NCBI GenBank assembly: GCA_965205645.1
Contig: OZ242172.1
Span: 704,122-768,121, forward strand
Direction of reading: 5' to 3'
DNA length: 64,000 bases
From: Bdellovibrionales bacterium
GTDB taxonomy: Bacteria > Bdellovibrionota > Bdellovibrionia > Bdellovibrionales > UBA1609
Below are positions 47,279 through 57,444 of this stretch, piece by piece. A program made the position numbers and the translations under genes. How positions within the stretch are numbered: position 1 is the stretch's first letter; each line of letters starts with the position of its first letter. The notes below the pieces were generated by a model, which saw nothing but the letters and a program-made list of their open reading frames with translations, did not search any database and had not been told where the DNA came from.

Positions 47279-48919
47279 TTATGCTCCTCTTCTGCGAAAC
47301 CAAAGCACGCCTCCTATAATAAATAAAATACAAGGCAAAATAATGGAAAATAATACCATACCCATTTTATCTGATTGTTTTAAGATTAATTGAGTGGCCT
47401 TCAATTTTTTAGGGCGAATGCTGATCAGATCCGATTCATCCACTAACCAGGATACAGTGTTCATAATTAAATCTTTGTTCCATCCGGCAGAAGCATGAAA
47501 GAAAGGGTTAGTCATAAAATCACTATCTCCAAATACGGCAAGTAATGTGTCCTTCTTTTCTTGATCTTTAGGGGTGTTTTTATTTTTTTTCTCTATATCT
47601 TTATTATTTGCTGTTTTTTCTGTATCTGTGTTTGGACGTTTTACTAATAAACCGACAATATGAGATGTTCTTTCACCCTTTAGCTGCTTGTTTTGTAAAC
47701 TGGGTGTAGATACAATGTTGACATTGGTTTTGACTAATTCTGTAATCGTTGCCGCTTTGTCTGAATTTTCTATTTTTAATCCACTCGCAACATTGAAAAT
47801 AACAAAAGATCCTTTTTCAAAAGAGTGTGTAATAGGGCTCTGCCGATCAAAATGTAGCCCTAAGATAGCAAGTGGACCTAAACCCATAATAGCTGGTCTT
47901 TGGCTAACTAAGTAATGCCCTGTATAGTTGACTCCAAAATCAGATAGCAATTCACTAAAACTATGTCCATGTACCTGTTTTGGCTGAGTGGTAGTGACTG
48001 AGCTAATGTGACCGCCTTTGTCGGGGTCTAAAGCAAGTAGCATTCGTCCACCGTTTTGTAAAAATTGTTTTAATGTACTTACCTCTTGAGATAACAACAG
48101 ACGATTAGGTCCCACAATCAATAAGGCAGCTGCATCAGAAGGTACAACAAAACCGTCTTTGATAAAATTTAACATTTTTACCTGAAAAGAGGATTGTGTC
48201 AGAGTCTCTCGCAAACTACTTAGCGCTCCAAAAGGATCTCGCTCTTCATGGCCAGATAGAAAATACACAGATCTTTCGCCTCTGCGAGTGGCTTGAATAA
48301 TCGCTGATGTTATTTTTTCTTCATTAAATGGCTTTAGTGCTTGCACTTTACGATCTTTATATTCAATAAAGACAAAAATATTATTTTTATCTTTATTGGA
48401 TAAATCATTTAAATATTTTTGAGCCAAAATGTTTTCTAAATGTGCGTTGTAATAACGATCTTTAACTTTAGAGCTGGTTTGTTTAAATAAGAAAAGATTT
48501 CGTTTAATGTTTTCTTTACTCTCCATTCCTTGTCGGCCTTTATAAAAAACCTTTACATATAGATCATCTTCTAATTTATCTAGTAGTTGAATTGTTTGCG
48601 GAGCCAGAGAGTTTATTTTTTCTTCTGTGATATCAAAAGATGTCTCAAACTGTGTGCTCAGATAGGCCAAAGAAACACAAAACACAATCGTGAGTAAAAT
48701 GGATAGCCCCATGGATATACCATTTTTAGCTGTCTTCATCAGCAGGAAGCTCAGATACAAGCGGTAGTCTATGACAATCGCTAGCAATAACCCTAGAAAA
48801 AACAAGCCTAGGAAGATGTATAGAAAGGGCATCCACCCACCTAGAATCCAAGTGGTGACTACCATGATAATTAAGCTGAATCCACTAAATGCTAAACATA
48901 ACTTACCGGATAAACTCAT
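47279..48919 (-). CDS. GldG-like auxiliary component of an ABC-2 transporter
   Basis: N- and C-terminal TM anchors around a large periplasmic domain. It follows the ABC-2 permease with a 1-nt overlap. Confidence 0.65.
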   Translation of the reverse strand: MSLSGKLCLAFSGFSLIIMVVTTWILGGWMPFLYIFLGLFFLGLLLAIVIDYRLYLSFLLMKTAKNGISMGLSILLTIVFCVSLAYLSTQFETSFDITEEKINSLAPQTIQLLDKLEDDLYVKVFYKGRQGMESKENIKRNLFLFKQTSSKVKDRYYNAHLENILAQKYLNDLSNKDKNNIFVFIEYKDRKVQALKPFNEEKITSAIIQATRRGERSVYFLSGHEERDPFGALSSLRETLTQSSFQVKMLNFIKDGFVVPSDAAALLIVGPNRLLLSQEVSTLKQFLQNGGRMLLALDPDKGGHISSVTTTQPKQVHGHSFSELLSDFGVNYTGHYLVSQRPAIMGLGPLAILGLHFDRQSPITHSFEKGSFVIFNVASGLKIENSDKAATITELVKTNVNIVSTPSLQNKQLKGERTSHIVGLLVKRPNTDTEKTANNKDIEKKNKNTPKDQEKKDTLLAVFGDSDFMTNPFFHASAGWNKDLIMNTVSWLVDESDLISIRPKKLKATQLILKQSDKMGMVLFSIILPCILFIIGGVLWFRRRGA

Positions 48920-49698
48920 TACGGCCTCCAGCGAGTAGATTCAATCACTCTTTGAGTGAGAAATAGGAAAAGCCCAATCGCTAAGATAAAAAAGACCATA
49001 CTACTGGTGATAATATTTCCACGGAAAAAACCTTCCAGATGGCTAGAAACAGATACATATTGGATCATCGCTGCATAAATCGTGTTATCAGAAAATTGAG
49101 CGCTCATACTAATAAAGTGTAAAGAAACATTAAAGGCAATTCCCATAAAGACACTTAACATAACTGATTCGGTTAAAGAGGAACTGAATAAGCCGATTGC
49201 TGTGTATATTCCCACTAGTAAAACGATAGAAGTATAAGAACTAATCAACAAATTAAGATTAAAATCCGCAAACCAACCAGTTAAAAGAGGAAATGAAAAA
49301 GATGCCAATATCAACAGTATGACTGCACTGTAGCTAGCGAAAAATTTTCCTAATACAATTTTGGTAGAAGTAATTGGAGATGTCATCAATAGATCAAAAG
49401 TACGTAGTTTTTTTTCTTCGGCGATAAGCCGCATAGTAAGTATCGGCACAATGAATATAAGAAGTAAGTGGGTTAAAGATAGATGGTTAATGAAGACAGT
49501 TTCATAAATATTGTATCCACCGCCTCCCATTCCCCCTTGGGCTAAGGGGCTGACACCGGCTACTAAAGCAAACTCAAACAGTCGTCTTGGAAAGACAAAT
49601 CCTAGTATCGCACAATATAATCCAGCTAATATAAAAAATACTGGAGTATAAACGGTTTGCCGAAAATCTTTTAGCCACTGATTTAAAAACTGTCTCAT
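48919..49698 (-). CDS. ABC-2 type permease (GldF-like)
   Basis: 6-TM, 259 aa, 4-nt overlap with the ATPase gene. Confidence 0.7.
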   Translation of the reverse strand: MRQFLNQWLKDFRQTVYTPVFFILAGLYCAILGFVFPRRLFEFALVAGVSPLAQGGMGGGGYNIYETVFINHLSLTHLLLIFIVPILTMRLIAEEKKLRTFDLLMTSPITSTKIVLGKFFASYSAVILLILASFSFPLLTGWFADFNLNLLISSYTSIVLLVGIYTAIGLFSSSLTESVMLSVFMGIAFNVSLHFISMSAQFSDNTIYAAMIQYVSVSSHLEGFFRGNIITSSMVFFILAIGLFLFLTQRVIESTRWRP

Positions 49699-50648
49699 GA
49701 CTTATTTTTCCTGGTGAGTTGCAGGAACACATCCTCTAAACTAAACGATTCACTTAATTCTACTAAACCCGCTCCGCTGTCTATGACTTTTTTGGCAATT
49801 TGTTCATTAATGGGAGCGCCAGTATGTGTGTCAACGGATAAACGTAGAATATCTTCGGCAGCAGTCGTTTGTGCGTCCATTACACCTTCCACTTCTTTTA
49901 ATAATTGAGGAAGATTTTTAACAACATGTCGCACTCGTACAGTAATCGTACGGTGGCCTTGATATTGTTTTTCTTTTAAGGAAGATAGTGATTCCTGTGC
50001 CGCCATTTGTCCTTCTTTGATAATTAAAATACGATCACAGCTAGCTTGTACTTCCGGTAAAATGTGAGTGGATAAGATAATTGTGTGCTTACCTTTTAAT
50101 TGATTAATTAAATGCCTGATTTCAATTACCTGATTAGGGTCTAAGCCAATAGTGGGTTCATCTAAAATCAGTATTTCCGGATCGGAAACTAAAGCTTGGG
50201 CAAGCCCCACTCTTTGTTTAAATCCTTTGGATAAGTTTTGAATCAGTCGCTGTCGTACTTGAGACAAACCTGTTTTTTCCATTGCAGAACCGACTAAAGC
50301 TGTCACTTGCTGTTTAGGGCAATTTTTTAAAACTGCTGTATAACGAAGATAGTCTTCTACACGCATATCACCATAGATAGGAGGAGTTTCCGGTAAATAT
50401 CCTATTTTTTTCTTTGCAGAAATAGGATGTTCAAAGATATCTTCTCCATCAATATAGACATCTCCAGAACTAGGAGCCATGCAGCCGGTTAAGATTTTCA
50501 TAGTAGTGGTTTTACCCGCTCCGTTTGGGCCTAGAAAACCCACTACCTCTCCTTTTTTGATGGTAAAATTTAAATCTGTAATTGCAGGGCGCAAACCATA
50601 TTGTTTGCTAATATGACGTACTTCAATCATTGCAGGTAAAGCTCCCAC
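49695..50648 (-). CDS. ABC transporter ATP-binding protein (GldA-like)
   Basis: GPNGAGKTTT, LSKGFKQRVGLAQAL, ILILDEPT. Confidence 0.9.
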   Translation of the reverse strand: MGALPAMIEVRHISKQYGLRPAITDLNFTIKKGEVVGFLGPNGAGKTTTMKILTGCMAPSSGDVYIDGEDIFEHPISAKKKIGYLPETPPIYGDMRVEDYLRYTAVLKNCPKQQVTALVGSAMEKTGLSQVRQRLIQNLSKGFKQRVGLAQALVSDPEILILDEPTIGLDPNQVIEIRHLINQLKGKHTIILSTHILPEVQASCDRILIIKEGQMAAQESLSSLKEKQYQGHRTITVRVRHVVKNLPQLLKEVEGVMDAQTTAAEDILRLSVDTHTGAPINEQIAKKVIDSGAGLVELSESFSLEDVFLQLTRKNKS

Positions 50649-50656
50649 TACTGTTG

Positions 50657-52135
50657 TTACTTAGGAATGATGATTTGTCTACCTACTTGGATCACTGATT
50701 TAAAGTTTAAAGTATTGAGTCGCATTAAATCCGGTAATGACACATTATACGCTTTAGCAATTCCAATTATGGTGTCTCCTCTTGCTACTGTATGTGTCTG
50801 ATGAGATGACTTTGTCCGTGTTCCTTTAGCCCCACGATGTGAAGCGTGTTTAGATGTAGGGCTGATAAGTCTTAACACTTGACCGGGGTGAATAACGGTA
50901 CCGCGGAGATGATTTAATTTTTTTAAACGAGAGGTTTTGACATTATATTTATTAGCAATGCGATATAAAGATTCTCCTCGTTTAACTACGTGTTTTTTTG
51001 CAAGACGTGGTTTACGTTGAGAATTATAATAAGGTATTTTGATTTTTTTTCCAGCGTATAACGTACTTGATTTAGACATTTTGTTGAGTCGTTGGATAGC
51101 AGATATACTGGTACGGTGTCGATGGGCTAAGCTAGATAAGTTATCTCCTTTCCGTACACGAAGCCAGAAATAATCAGAAGAATATGTTGGCTTCTTCATT
51201 TTAGATTGAGCAATGATTGCAGTCGCTTGTTCTTTCATACCAACAGGAACCCGAAGAGTAGTACCTTCTGAGGAGTCTAGTGGTATATATTCTCCTCGGT
51301 AACGAGGGTTCAGGTGCTGTAGTTGTTTATAATCTATATTAATATTAGCCGCTAATTTTTTTAAACTAATCGGATGGGATATTTGAACTGTGTCATATTC
51401 CATTGGTGCTTGATAAATAATATCTGTAAATCCATATTTTTCTGGATCTTTTGCAATCCGGATGACTGCAATAAGTTTTGGTATATAGTTAGATGTTTCC
51501 TTTGGAAAAGCAGATTGAGTCGCAAGATACCAAAAGTTTCGCGAGGAATGAGCTAAAATAAGACGTCCAATACGGTATTCACCTGCATTATAAGAAGCGA
51601 GTGCTAAATGCCAAGATTCAAAAGTATTGTAAAGATTTTTAAGGTATGCAGCAGCTGAACGAGTAGATAGTACAGGGTCTCGTCTTTCGTCCACATAACT
51701 GCTTATTTTTAAACCATATCGTCGTCCAGTGCCTTCAATAAATTGCCAGTAGCCAACCGCACTGGCAGTGCTATGCGCACGTGAACTAAAACCAGATTCA
51801 ATCATGGCTACATACACTAAATCCTCTGGTAATTCATATTCCCTCAAGACTTGTTTCATCATAGGGATATAGCGAGTGGATCGACTGAGATATTTTTCTA
51901 TATGTTCCCGTCCCTTGTTTTGAAAATAATTAATCCATTTATATACATTTGGATGATCCTCTGTTGGAACTTCTCCGTAAGAACTAACATAGGGTTGCTC
52001 TAGTTGTCGTCGTACTTGGTTAGAAGGTGATTCATGCTTAGAAATGTTGGCAGAAGAACGAGGGGGTACTACATTATACTGTAATCCTTGGCAAGAAATT
52101 AAAAAAATGGATAAACATAAAATGATATATTTCAT
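50657..52135 (-). CDS. mltD: Lytic murein transglycosylase with three LysM domains (MltD-like)
   Basis: SLT motif ESGFSSRAHSTASAVGYWQF...YNAG. Three LysM-like repeats (e.g. HVVKRGESLYRIANKYNV). Confidence 0.85.
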   Translation of the reverse strand: MKYIILCLSIFLISCQGLQYNVVPPRSSANISKHESPSNQVRRQLEQPYVSSYGEVPTEDHPNVYKWINYFQNKGREHIEKYLSRSTRYIPMMKQVLREYELPEDLVYVAMIESGFSSRAHSTASAVGYWQFIEGTGRRYGLKISSYVDERRDPVLSTRSAAAYLKNLYNTFESWHLALASYNAGEYRIGRLILAHSSRNFWYLATQSAFPKETSNYIPKLIAVIRIAKDPEKYGFTDIIYQAPMEYDTVQISHPISLKKLAANINIDYKQLQHLNPRYRGEYIPLDSSEGTTLRVPVGMKEQATAIIAQSKMKKPTYSSDYFWLRVRKGDNLSSLAHRHRTSISAIQRLNKMSKSSTLYAGKKIKIPYYNSQRKPRLAKKHVVKRGESLYRIANKYNVKTSRLKKLNHLRGTVIHPGQVLRLISPTSKHASHRGAKGTRTKSSHQTHTVARGDTIIGIAKAYNVSLPDLMRLNTLNFKSVIQVGRQIIIPK

Positions 52136-52599
52136 TCATTTGCTCCTAAAGCTTCTAAGATAGAAAATAAAGGCGTGATTATTTAACTATTTCTATTAAA
52201 ACTTTTTGTGTAAAAAAAGTATACAAAAACGAAGAAATAATCAAGTTTTATAACTTAGCTGTATTTATTTTTACACTATAGACAAGTCAAGCTTTGTTAC
52301 TTTTATTAATATAGTAAGACTTTTGCCTAGTTGCAATAATCTTGATTTTTTATTTAGTTACATTTTTTTCGTAAAATTATTGAGTATATATTGTCTTTTA
52401 TTATCTTATTTGATGCTACATCTTAAAAAAGCATTAAATATTTAATTTTATTAGATATTTATCTATATGAAGATTATATATTGCAGCTTGTTAATCTGTA
52501 TATTTTGTCATTTTAGTGAGATATCCAGTCAGGGTAAATATTTTACTTATTGAGGATCAACTTGGTATAGCAGAGTGTTTTTTAAGGAATCATAGAGTT

Positions 52600-53763
52600 T
52601 TATTTATTTTTTGCTGCTTGTTGTAATTTTTTCAAAGCATGTTTTATTTGTTGATTTGTCCATAAATTTTTGTCAGTGGATTTTAAGCTAAATACCAGGG
52701 CTGTTAGGCCTTTTATTAAGTGGGAGAGGGATTCGTTTCCTAAGTGTCCAATACGTAGTACACGTCCTTTCAGGATTCCCTGGCCGCCGGCAAAAGTAAC
52801 TGCATATTTTGTTTCTATATATTTTTTTAATTTCATGCCATCAATGTGAGGCGGTAAAGTGATACTTGTCATAGAAGGGGAAGGTACTTTGGCAAAAGTC
52901 TTTAGTCCAAGATTTTTACAAAACTTTGATGTCAGTTGAGACATTTTACGGCTGTGTTGGATACGGGTACTTAAATGACCTGCGCCAGATAAGAAAAATT
53001 GATAAAGGGCTTTTATATAAGACACATTAGAGCTAAATGCAGTTTGTCCTTTTTTTTGAGCGGCTTTTTCTTTTTTTAAATCTAAGTAATAAACTGGTAG
53101 GTGAGCGGTTTTATTAAACTGCCATGCTTTTTTAGAAAGGCAAATAAAAGACATTCCAGTTGGTAGGGAGAAGGATTTTTGTGATCCGCCGATGAGGACA
53201 TCAATGCCCCATTGATCCATAGGAATATTAACAGCACCGAGAGCGGAGATGGCATCCACTATTAATAACACTTTTGGATTGGTGTGTGTTAGTTGAGCTA
53301 GTTTTTGTATAGGGTGCAGCGCGCCGGTACTGGTTTCACAAGCTTGGGTTAGAACAGCTTTAATTTGAGGATCTTTTTTTAAAATAGTTTTTACTTGTTG
53401 TGCTTTCACGGATTCTCCCCACGGTATGTTTAATTTTTGTACCTGGAGTTGATAAGCAGAGGCCATGTCCGCCCATCTTTGTCCAAAGCGTCCGGCACAA
53501 ATGGCTAATACTTTATCTTTTGGGGATAAAGTGTTTAATAAGGCAGCGGACATCGCACCGGTTCCTGATGCATTTAGCATTAACACTGGTTGTTTTGTTT
53601 GAAAAATTTTTTTTAAGTGAGCACTGACTTGTAAAAACAATTTGGAAAATTCGGTGCTTCGGTGATGAATGGTTTGTTCGGACAGTGCGGATAAGACAGG
53701 TGGTATTAGCATCACAGGGCCGGGCGTCAGTAGAATAGGAGAAGAATTTAGTTTTTTGTTCAT
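52600..53763 (-). CDS. Class V aminotransferase (serine-pyruvate / alanine-glyoxylate type)
   Basis: LLTPGPV start, DAISALG, and the PLP-Lys motif GGSQKSF. Confidence 0.8.
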   Translation of the reverse strand: MNKKLNSSPILLTPGPVMLIPPVLSALSEQTIHHRSTEFSKLFLQVSAHLKKIFQTKQPVLMLNASGTGAMSAALLNTLSPKDKVLAICAGRFGQRWADMASAYQLQVQKLNIPWGESVKAQQVKTILKKDPQIKAVLTQACETSTGALHPIQKLAQLTHTNPKVLLIVDAISALGAVNIPMDQWGIDVLIGGSQKSFSLPTGMSFICLSKKAWQFNKTAHLPVYYLDLKKEKAAQKKGQTAFSSNVSYIKALYQFFLSGAGHLSTRIQHSRKMSQLTSKFCKNLGLKTFAKVPSPSMTSITLPPHIDGMKLKKYIETKYAVTFAGGQGILKGRVLRIGHLGNESLSHLIKGLTALVFSLKSTDKNLWTNQQIKHALKKLQQAAKNK

Positions 53764-53919
53764 TAGGTTTATTAAAAAAAATCACTGGTTAAAATGCAAT
53801 GGCTTTTTTCTATATTGTTCTGTAAAGTAATTATTGCAGGAATGATAAGAGTCAAAATATCTATTTGAAATAGGTTTTGGAAGCGATAAATTCACAAGCT
53901 TGTTATTAAAAGGTGTTTA

Positions 53920-54915
53920 TTGATGTTGCTCACTTTAAAAAAGTTAGATCAGCAATTAGAGAAAGGTCAAGTATCTCCTTTATATTTCATTATGGGGCCA
54001 GAGATTTTTCTTGTTCAGGAAAGTCTACGGATGATTCAGTCTCATGTATTATCTCCTGAAGCTTTAGATTTTAATTACGAGGTGTTTTATGTCAGTCGTG
54101 CATCAGTGGAGGCGATGCGTTCAGCGGTAGAAACTTTACCTGTATTTTCTAAAAAACGGGTAGTGGTATGTGAGGAGGCGCAAAATTTGAAGGAATCGGA
54201 TTGGAAGTTAATTGAGCCTATTGTAATGAATCCAGTTTCTACTTGTGTTTTAATTTTTATTTCGCGGGAATTGGATAAGCGGCGAAAGATCACTAAGCAG
54301 TTGATGTCCTGTTGTACTATGGTATCTGCTCAAACGCCTAAGGAGAGTGAATGGCCAGTATGGATTAAGTGGATGGGGCAAAAGAAGGGATTAACTTTCT
54401 CTGCTACTGCTTTGGAATTATTAAAAAATCAGGCAGGTTATCACTTAATAGTTATAAAAAATGAAATAGAGAAATTAGCGCAATTTTTAGGTGATAAAAA
54501 GCAAGTATCTATTGAAGATGTGTTAAAGGTGGTGCCACGTACACGTCCAGAAAATATCTTCGCCTTGTCTCGTGCGATTGGGCAAAGGAAATTATCTGCT
54601 GCTTTGCTGTGTTGGACACGGCTTTTAGAGGATAATCAAAGTATTCTGAGTGCATTAGCTTTAATTACTCGGCATATTCGTATTTTAGCCAGGATAAAAG
54701 AAGGGGTTAAGAAGGGGCATACGCATAAGGTGTTATGTCAGAAAGCGGGTGTACCTTTTTTTGTTATCCATGATTATATTCAGGAAGCAAGTTTATGGAC
54801 AGAGCATAAAATTATGTCTGTGATGGAAATACTATTAGAGGCGGATCGAACGATTAAATCTTCTGGTGCAACATCTGTTTGGATGGAGAATTGTATTATT
54901 AAAGCTTGTTTATAG
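53920..54915 (+). CDS. holA: DNA polymerase III delta subunit
   Basis: Size, the N-terminal PLYFIMGPEIFL pattern, and a helical C-terminus. Confidence 0.7.
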   Translation: MMLLTLKKLDQQLEKGQVSPLYFIMGPEIFLVQESLRMIQSHVLSPEALDFNYEVFYVSRASVEAMRSAVETLPVFSKKRVVVCEEAQNLKESDWKLIEPIVMNPVSTCVLIFISRELDKRRKITKQLMSCCTMVSAQTPKESEWPVWIKWMGQKKGLTFSATALELLKNQAGYHLIVIKNEIEKLAQFLGDKKQVSIEDVLKVVPRTRPENIFALSRAIGQRKLSAALLCWTRLLEDNQSILSALALITRHIRILARIKEGVKKGHTHKVLCQKAGVPFFVIHDYIQEASLWTEHKIMSVMEILLEADRTIKSSGATSVWMENCIIKACL

Positions 54916-55170
54916 CTGGTTGGTAAGGGAAGCCAAGCGGGATTTTTTTCTATCCGCTTTTCGGCGATGAGTTAATCCTTTACGGACGGATTTATCTATA
55001 GTGATACTGAACTGTTTCAGTTGTTCTGTTGCTTTAGGTTTATCTTTTTGTTGGACGGAGCCTCGTAAGTTTTTTTCTAAGGTATTGATTCGACTTTGTA
55101 TATTTTTATTAATTTTGGTGCGACGAATGGTTTTCCGAATACTTTTTTTTGTAGATGAATGATTGGCCAT
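54910..55170 (-). CDS. rpsT: 30S ribosomal protein S20
   Basis: MANHSSTKKSIRKTIRRTKINK..., basic, 86 aa. Confidence 0.9.
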   Translation of the reverse strand: MANHSSTKKSIRKTIRRTKINKNIQSRINTLEKNLRGSVQQKDKPKATEQLKQFSITIDKSVRKGLTHRRKADRKKSRLASLTNQL

Positions 55171-55289
55171 AGAGGCTAACTCCTGTTATAGGGTGTTTAT
55201 TAGCAAGTGTTATCATGGTTTTTTTTATTTTGCAAGGTAGATGAAATTCAGAGTGTATAGGGTTTTTTAATAGGGAATGGGGGACGTTT

Positions 55290-55626
55290 GATAAACATAA
55301 TTTACAAAGTCGTGACAATAGCGCAAATGGAACCGCGGCGAAAGTAACCCCCTATGGGGGCGGCGAGTCGGCGGGGACGTTTAATAAACATAATTTGCAA
55401 AGTCGTGACAATAGCGCAAATGGAGCCGCGGCGAAAGTAACCACCTATGGGGGCGGCGACTTGCCGCCGCGGCGAAGTATCCACCTCCGATTCGGGGGTG
55501 CGGTTGTATAGGTACTTAATGAGCATGATATGCACAGTAGTGACATGAAAGCAGCGGAATCACGGCGCAATGTCAGCGGCGACTTGCCGCCGCGGCGTAA
55601 TCACTCCTCCATTGGGGGGGTGCGGT
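55290..55626 (+). repeat. Three forward repeat units in the rpsT-murJ divergent spacer, running into the murJ ORF
   Basis: GATAAACATAATTTACAAAGTCGTGACAATAGCGCAAATGGAACCGCGGCGAAAGTAACCCCCTATGGGGG..., a second unit at 55383, and a third diverged unit (GAGCATGATATGCACAGTAGTGACATGAAAGCAGCGGAATCACGGCG...) at 55520. Confidence 0.9.
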
Positions 55627-57197
55627 TAGCTGTATTGATGGCCTGTGGCACTTTTATTTCACGTGTTTTGGGGTTAGTGCGTGACATGGTCATTGGTGCA
55701 TTTTTTTCCAGAACGCACACGGACGCTTTTTTTGTAGCTTTTCGTGCACCTAATTTTTTTCGTCGGTTTTTAGGAGAGGGTGCTCTTTCTATTAGTTTTA
55801 TTCCTGTTTTTATTCAATGTTTGTCTGAATCATCGGAGGGTAAGGAAGGGTCGGCGGTACGTGCCAGGAATTTTGTCAACAGTGTGTATACAATTATGTT
55901 GATTATGGTTGGTGTGTTGACTGTAGTGGGCATTATTTTCATGGATCCATTATTACGAGCTTTATTTGCTAATACGGCTTTTGCGGATATAGAGGGAAAA
56001 GTGAGAATGGTGACTGTGTTAGCCAGGTGGCTATTTGTCTATTTATTTTTAGTTACTTTATATGCTTATTTTATGGGGATTGCTAATGCTTTGGGTTCAT
56101 TTTTCATTCCGGCGGTAGCTCCGGCTTTATTAAATGTGTGTATTATTATTTTTTCATTGGTTCCTCATTCTATTGTCTCTCTTCCTCCTTTGTTGTTGTG
56201 TTGGGGGGTATTGCTTGGGGGGGTATTACAGGTATTATTAACAGCGGTTGTGCTTTACCGTTTAGGTTTTTTACCTAGGTTGACCTGGCAATTTTCTCGA
56301 TCTGATTTGAAAGTAATGGGCGTTCGATTTTTGCCAGGATTATTAGGAGTGGGTGGTTTTTCCGTCATTAGTTTATTAAATTTATATTTTGCGGCGTGGT
56401 TAGAGGAAGGTGCGCATACGTTTATTTATTATGGGGATCGTTTGTTGGAACTACCTCGTTCTTTAATTGCGATTAGTTTAGGTGCTGCTTTGTTACCGAA
56501 TCTTTCTTATTTTATGGTTGCTGGTAAAAGGGATGAGTTATCGGATTCAGCCGCTTGGCAAAGGGATATTTTATTATTTTTGATTGTGCCTTGTGCTTTG
56601 GCTTTTTGGTATTTAGGGCTTCCGATTGTGGATGTATTATTTCGGAGGGGTTTATTTGATGAGGATACCACTCGCAAGACAGCTCTCGTGTTACAAATTT
56701 ATTCTGTACTATTAATTACGTCTTCTTTAAGTCGGATATTAGCTACTTGTTTTTATGCGGTAAGAAATGTTTGGTATCCGGCTTTGGCTTGTTTTTTGTA
56801 TATTGTTTTTCATTGGTGTTTTACTCCGTTTATGATTGATTGGTTTGGTTTAGAAGGATTGGTGTGGGCAACGGTGGTTTCTAATGCATTTTTTATGAGT
56901 CTGCTTTTATTTGCTTATCCGTTTTATGTAGGGTGTTTACATGTTTGGAGAACTATTCGGCGGTGGTTATGGTCTGCGCCGGCGTTAGTTTTATTATATT
57001 TATACTTACATTTTTCTATTTATTTTTTTCCATCCTTATGGTTAGTGAGAGAAGATCGGGTGTCTACTAGTGCTTTAGTTTTTGTTATTTTATCGTCCAT
57101 TGTTTTATACATTGGGGTAGGGTGGTTGCTACGTGTACCTCAGGCATTAGAGTGTATACGATTAGCTAGTAAAAAGGCAAAATCGGTTAAAACTTAA
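55530..57197 (+). CDS. murJ: Lipid II flippase MurJ. The first ~30 codons of the longest ORF are repeat sequence.
   Basis: SRVLGLVRDMVIGAFF...AFFVAFRAPNFFRRFLGEGALSISFIPVF. A GTG at 55620 (VRLAVLMACGTF...) would give a conventional N-terminus. Confidence 0.9.
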   Translation: MHSSDMKAAESRRNVSGDLPPRRNHSSIGGVRLAVLMACGTFISRVLGLVRDMVIGAFFSRTHTDAFFVAFRAPNFFRRFLGEGALSISFIPVFIQCLSESSEGKEGSAVRARNFVNSVYTIMLIMVGVLTVVGIIFMDPLLRALFANTAFADIEGKVRMVTVLARWLFVYLFLVTLYAYFMGIANALGSFFIPAVAPALLNVCIIIFSLVPHSIVSLPPLLLCWGVLLGGVLQVLLTAVVLYRLGFLPRLTWQFSRSDLKVMGVRFLPGLLGVGGFSVISLLNLYFAAWLEEGAHTFIYYGDRLLELPRSLIAISLGAALLPNLSYFMVAGKRDELSDSAAWQRDILLFLIVPCALAFWYLGLPIVDVLFRRGLFDEDTTRKTALVLQIYSVLLITSSLSRILATCFYAVRNVWYPALACFLYIVFHWCFTPFMIDWFGLEGLVWATVVSNAFFMSLLLFAYPFYVGCLHVWRTIRRWLWSAPALVLLYLYLHFSIYFFPSLWLVREDRVSTSALVFVILSSIVLYIGVGWLLRVPQALECIRLASKKAKSVKT

Positions 57198-57204
57198 GTA
57201 ATAC

Positions 57205-57437
57205 TGGCAGGTTGCCGGTGACATTTATTTGTAAACATGATTTGCAAAGTTGTAACATGGGAGCAGCGGACTCGCGGCGAAACCACTCTCCCTTTGAGGG
57301 AGCGGCGCCGCCGAGTCGGCGGAGACACTTTTGGTAAACATAATTTGCAAAGCAGTGACATGGGAGCAGCGGACTCGCGGCGAAACCACTCTCCCTTTGA
57401 GGGAGGGGCGAAATCACTCTCCCTTTGAGGGAGGAGG
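57205..57437 (+). repeat. Two forward repeat units filling the murJ-ybeY spacer
   Basis: GTAAACATGATTTGCAAAGTTGTAACATGGGAGCAGCGGACTCGCGGCGAAACCACTCTCCCTTTGAGGGAG..., repeated from 57326. CTCCC-TTTGA-GGGAG hairpins occur 3 times. The last G-arm abuts GGAGG, 7 nt before the ybeY ATG. Confidence 0.9.
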
Positions 57438-57444
57438 TTAGGAA

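Noticed and set aside
55109-55535. ORFs 55109..55318(-) and 55302..55535(-)
   Set aside because: They overlap rpsT out of frame or run through the repeat cluster antisense.
57187-57428. ORFs 57187..57417(-) and 57237..57428(+)
   Set aside because: They are entirely repeat sequence in the murJ-ybeY spacer.
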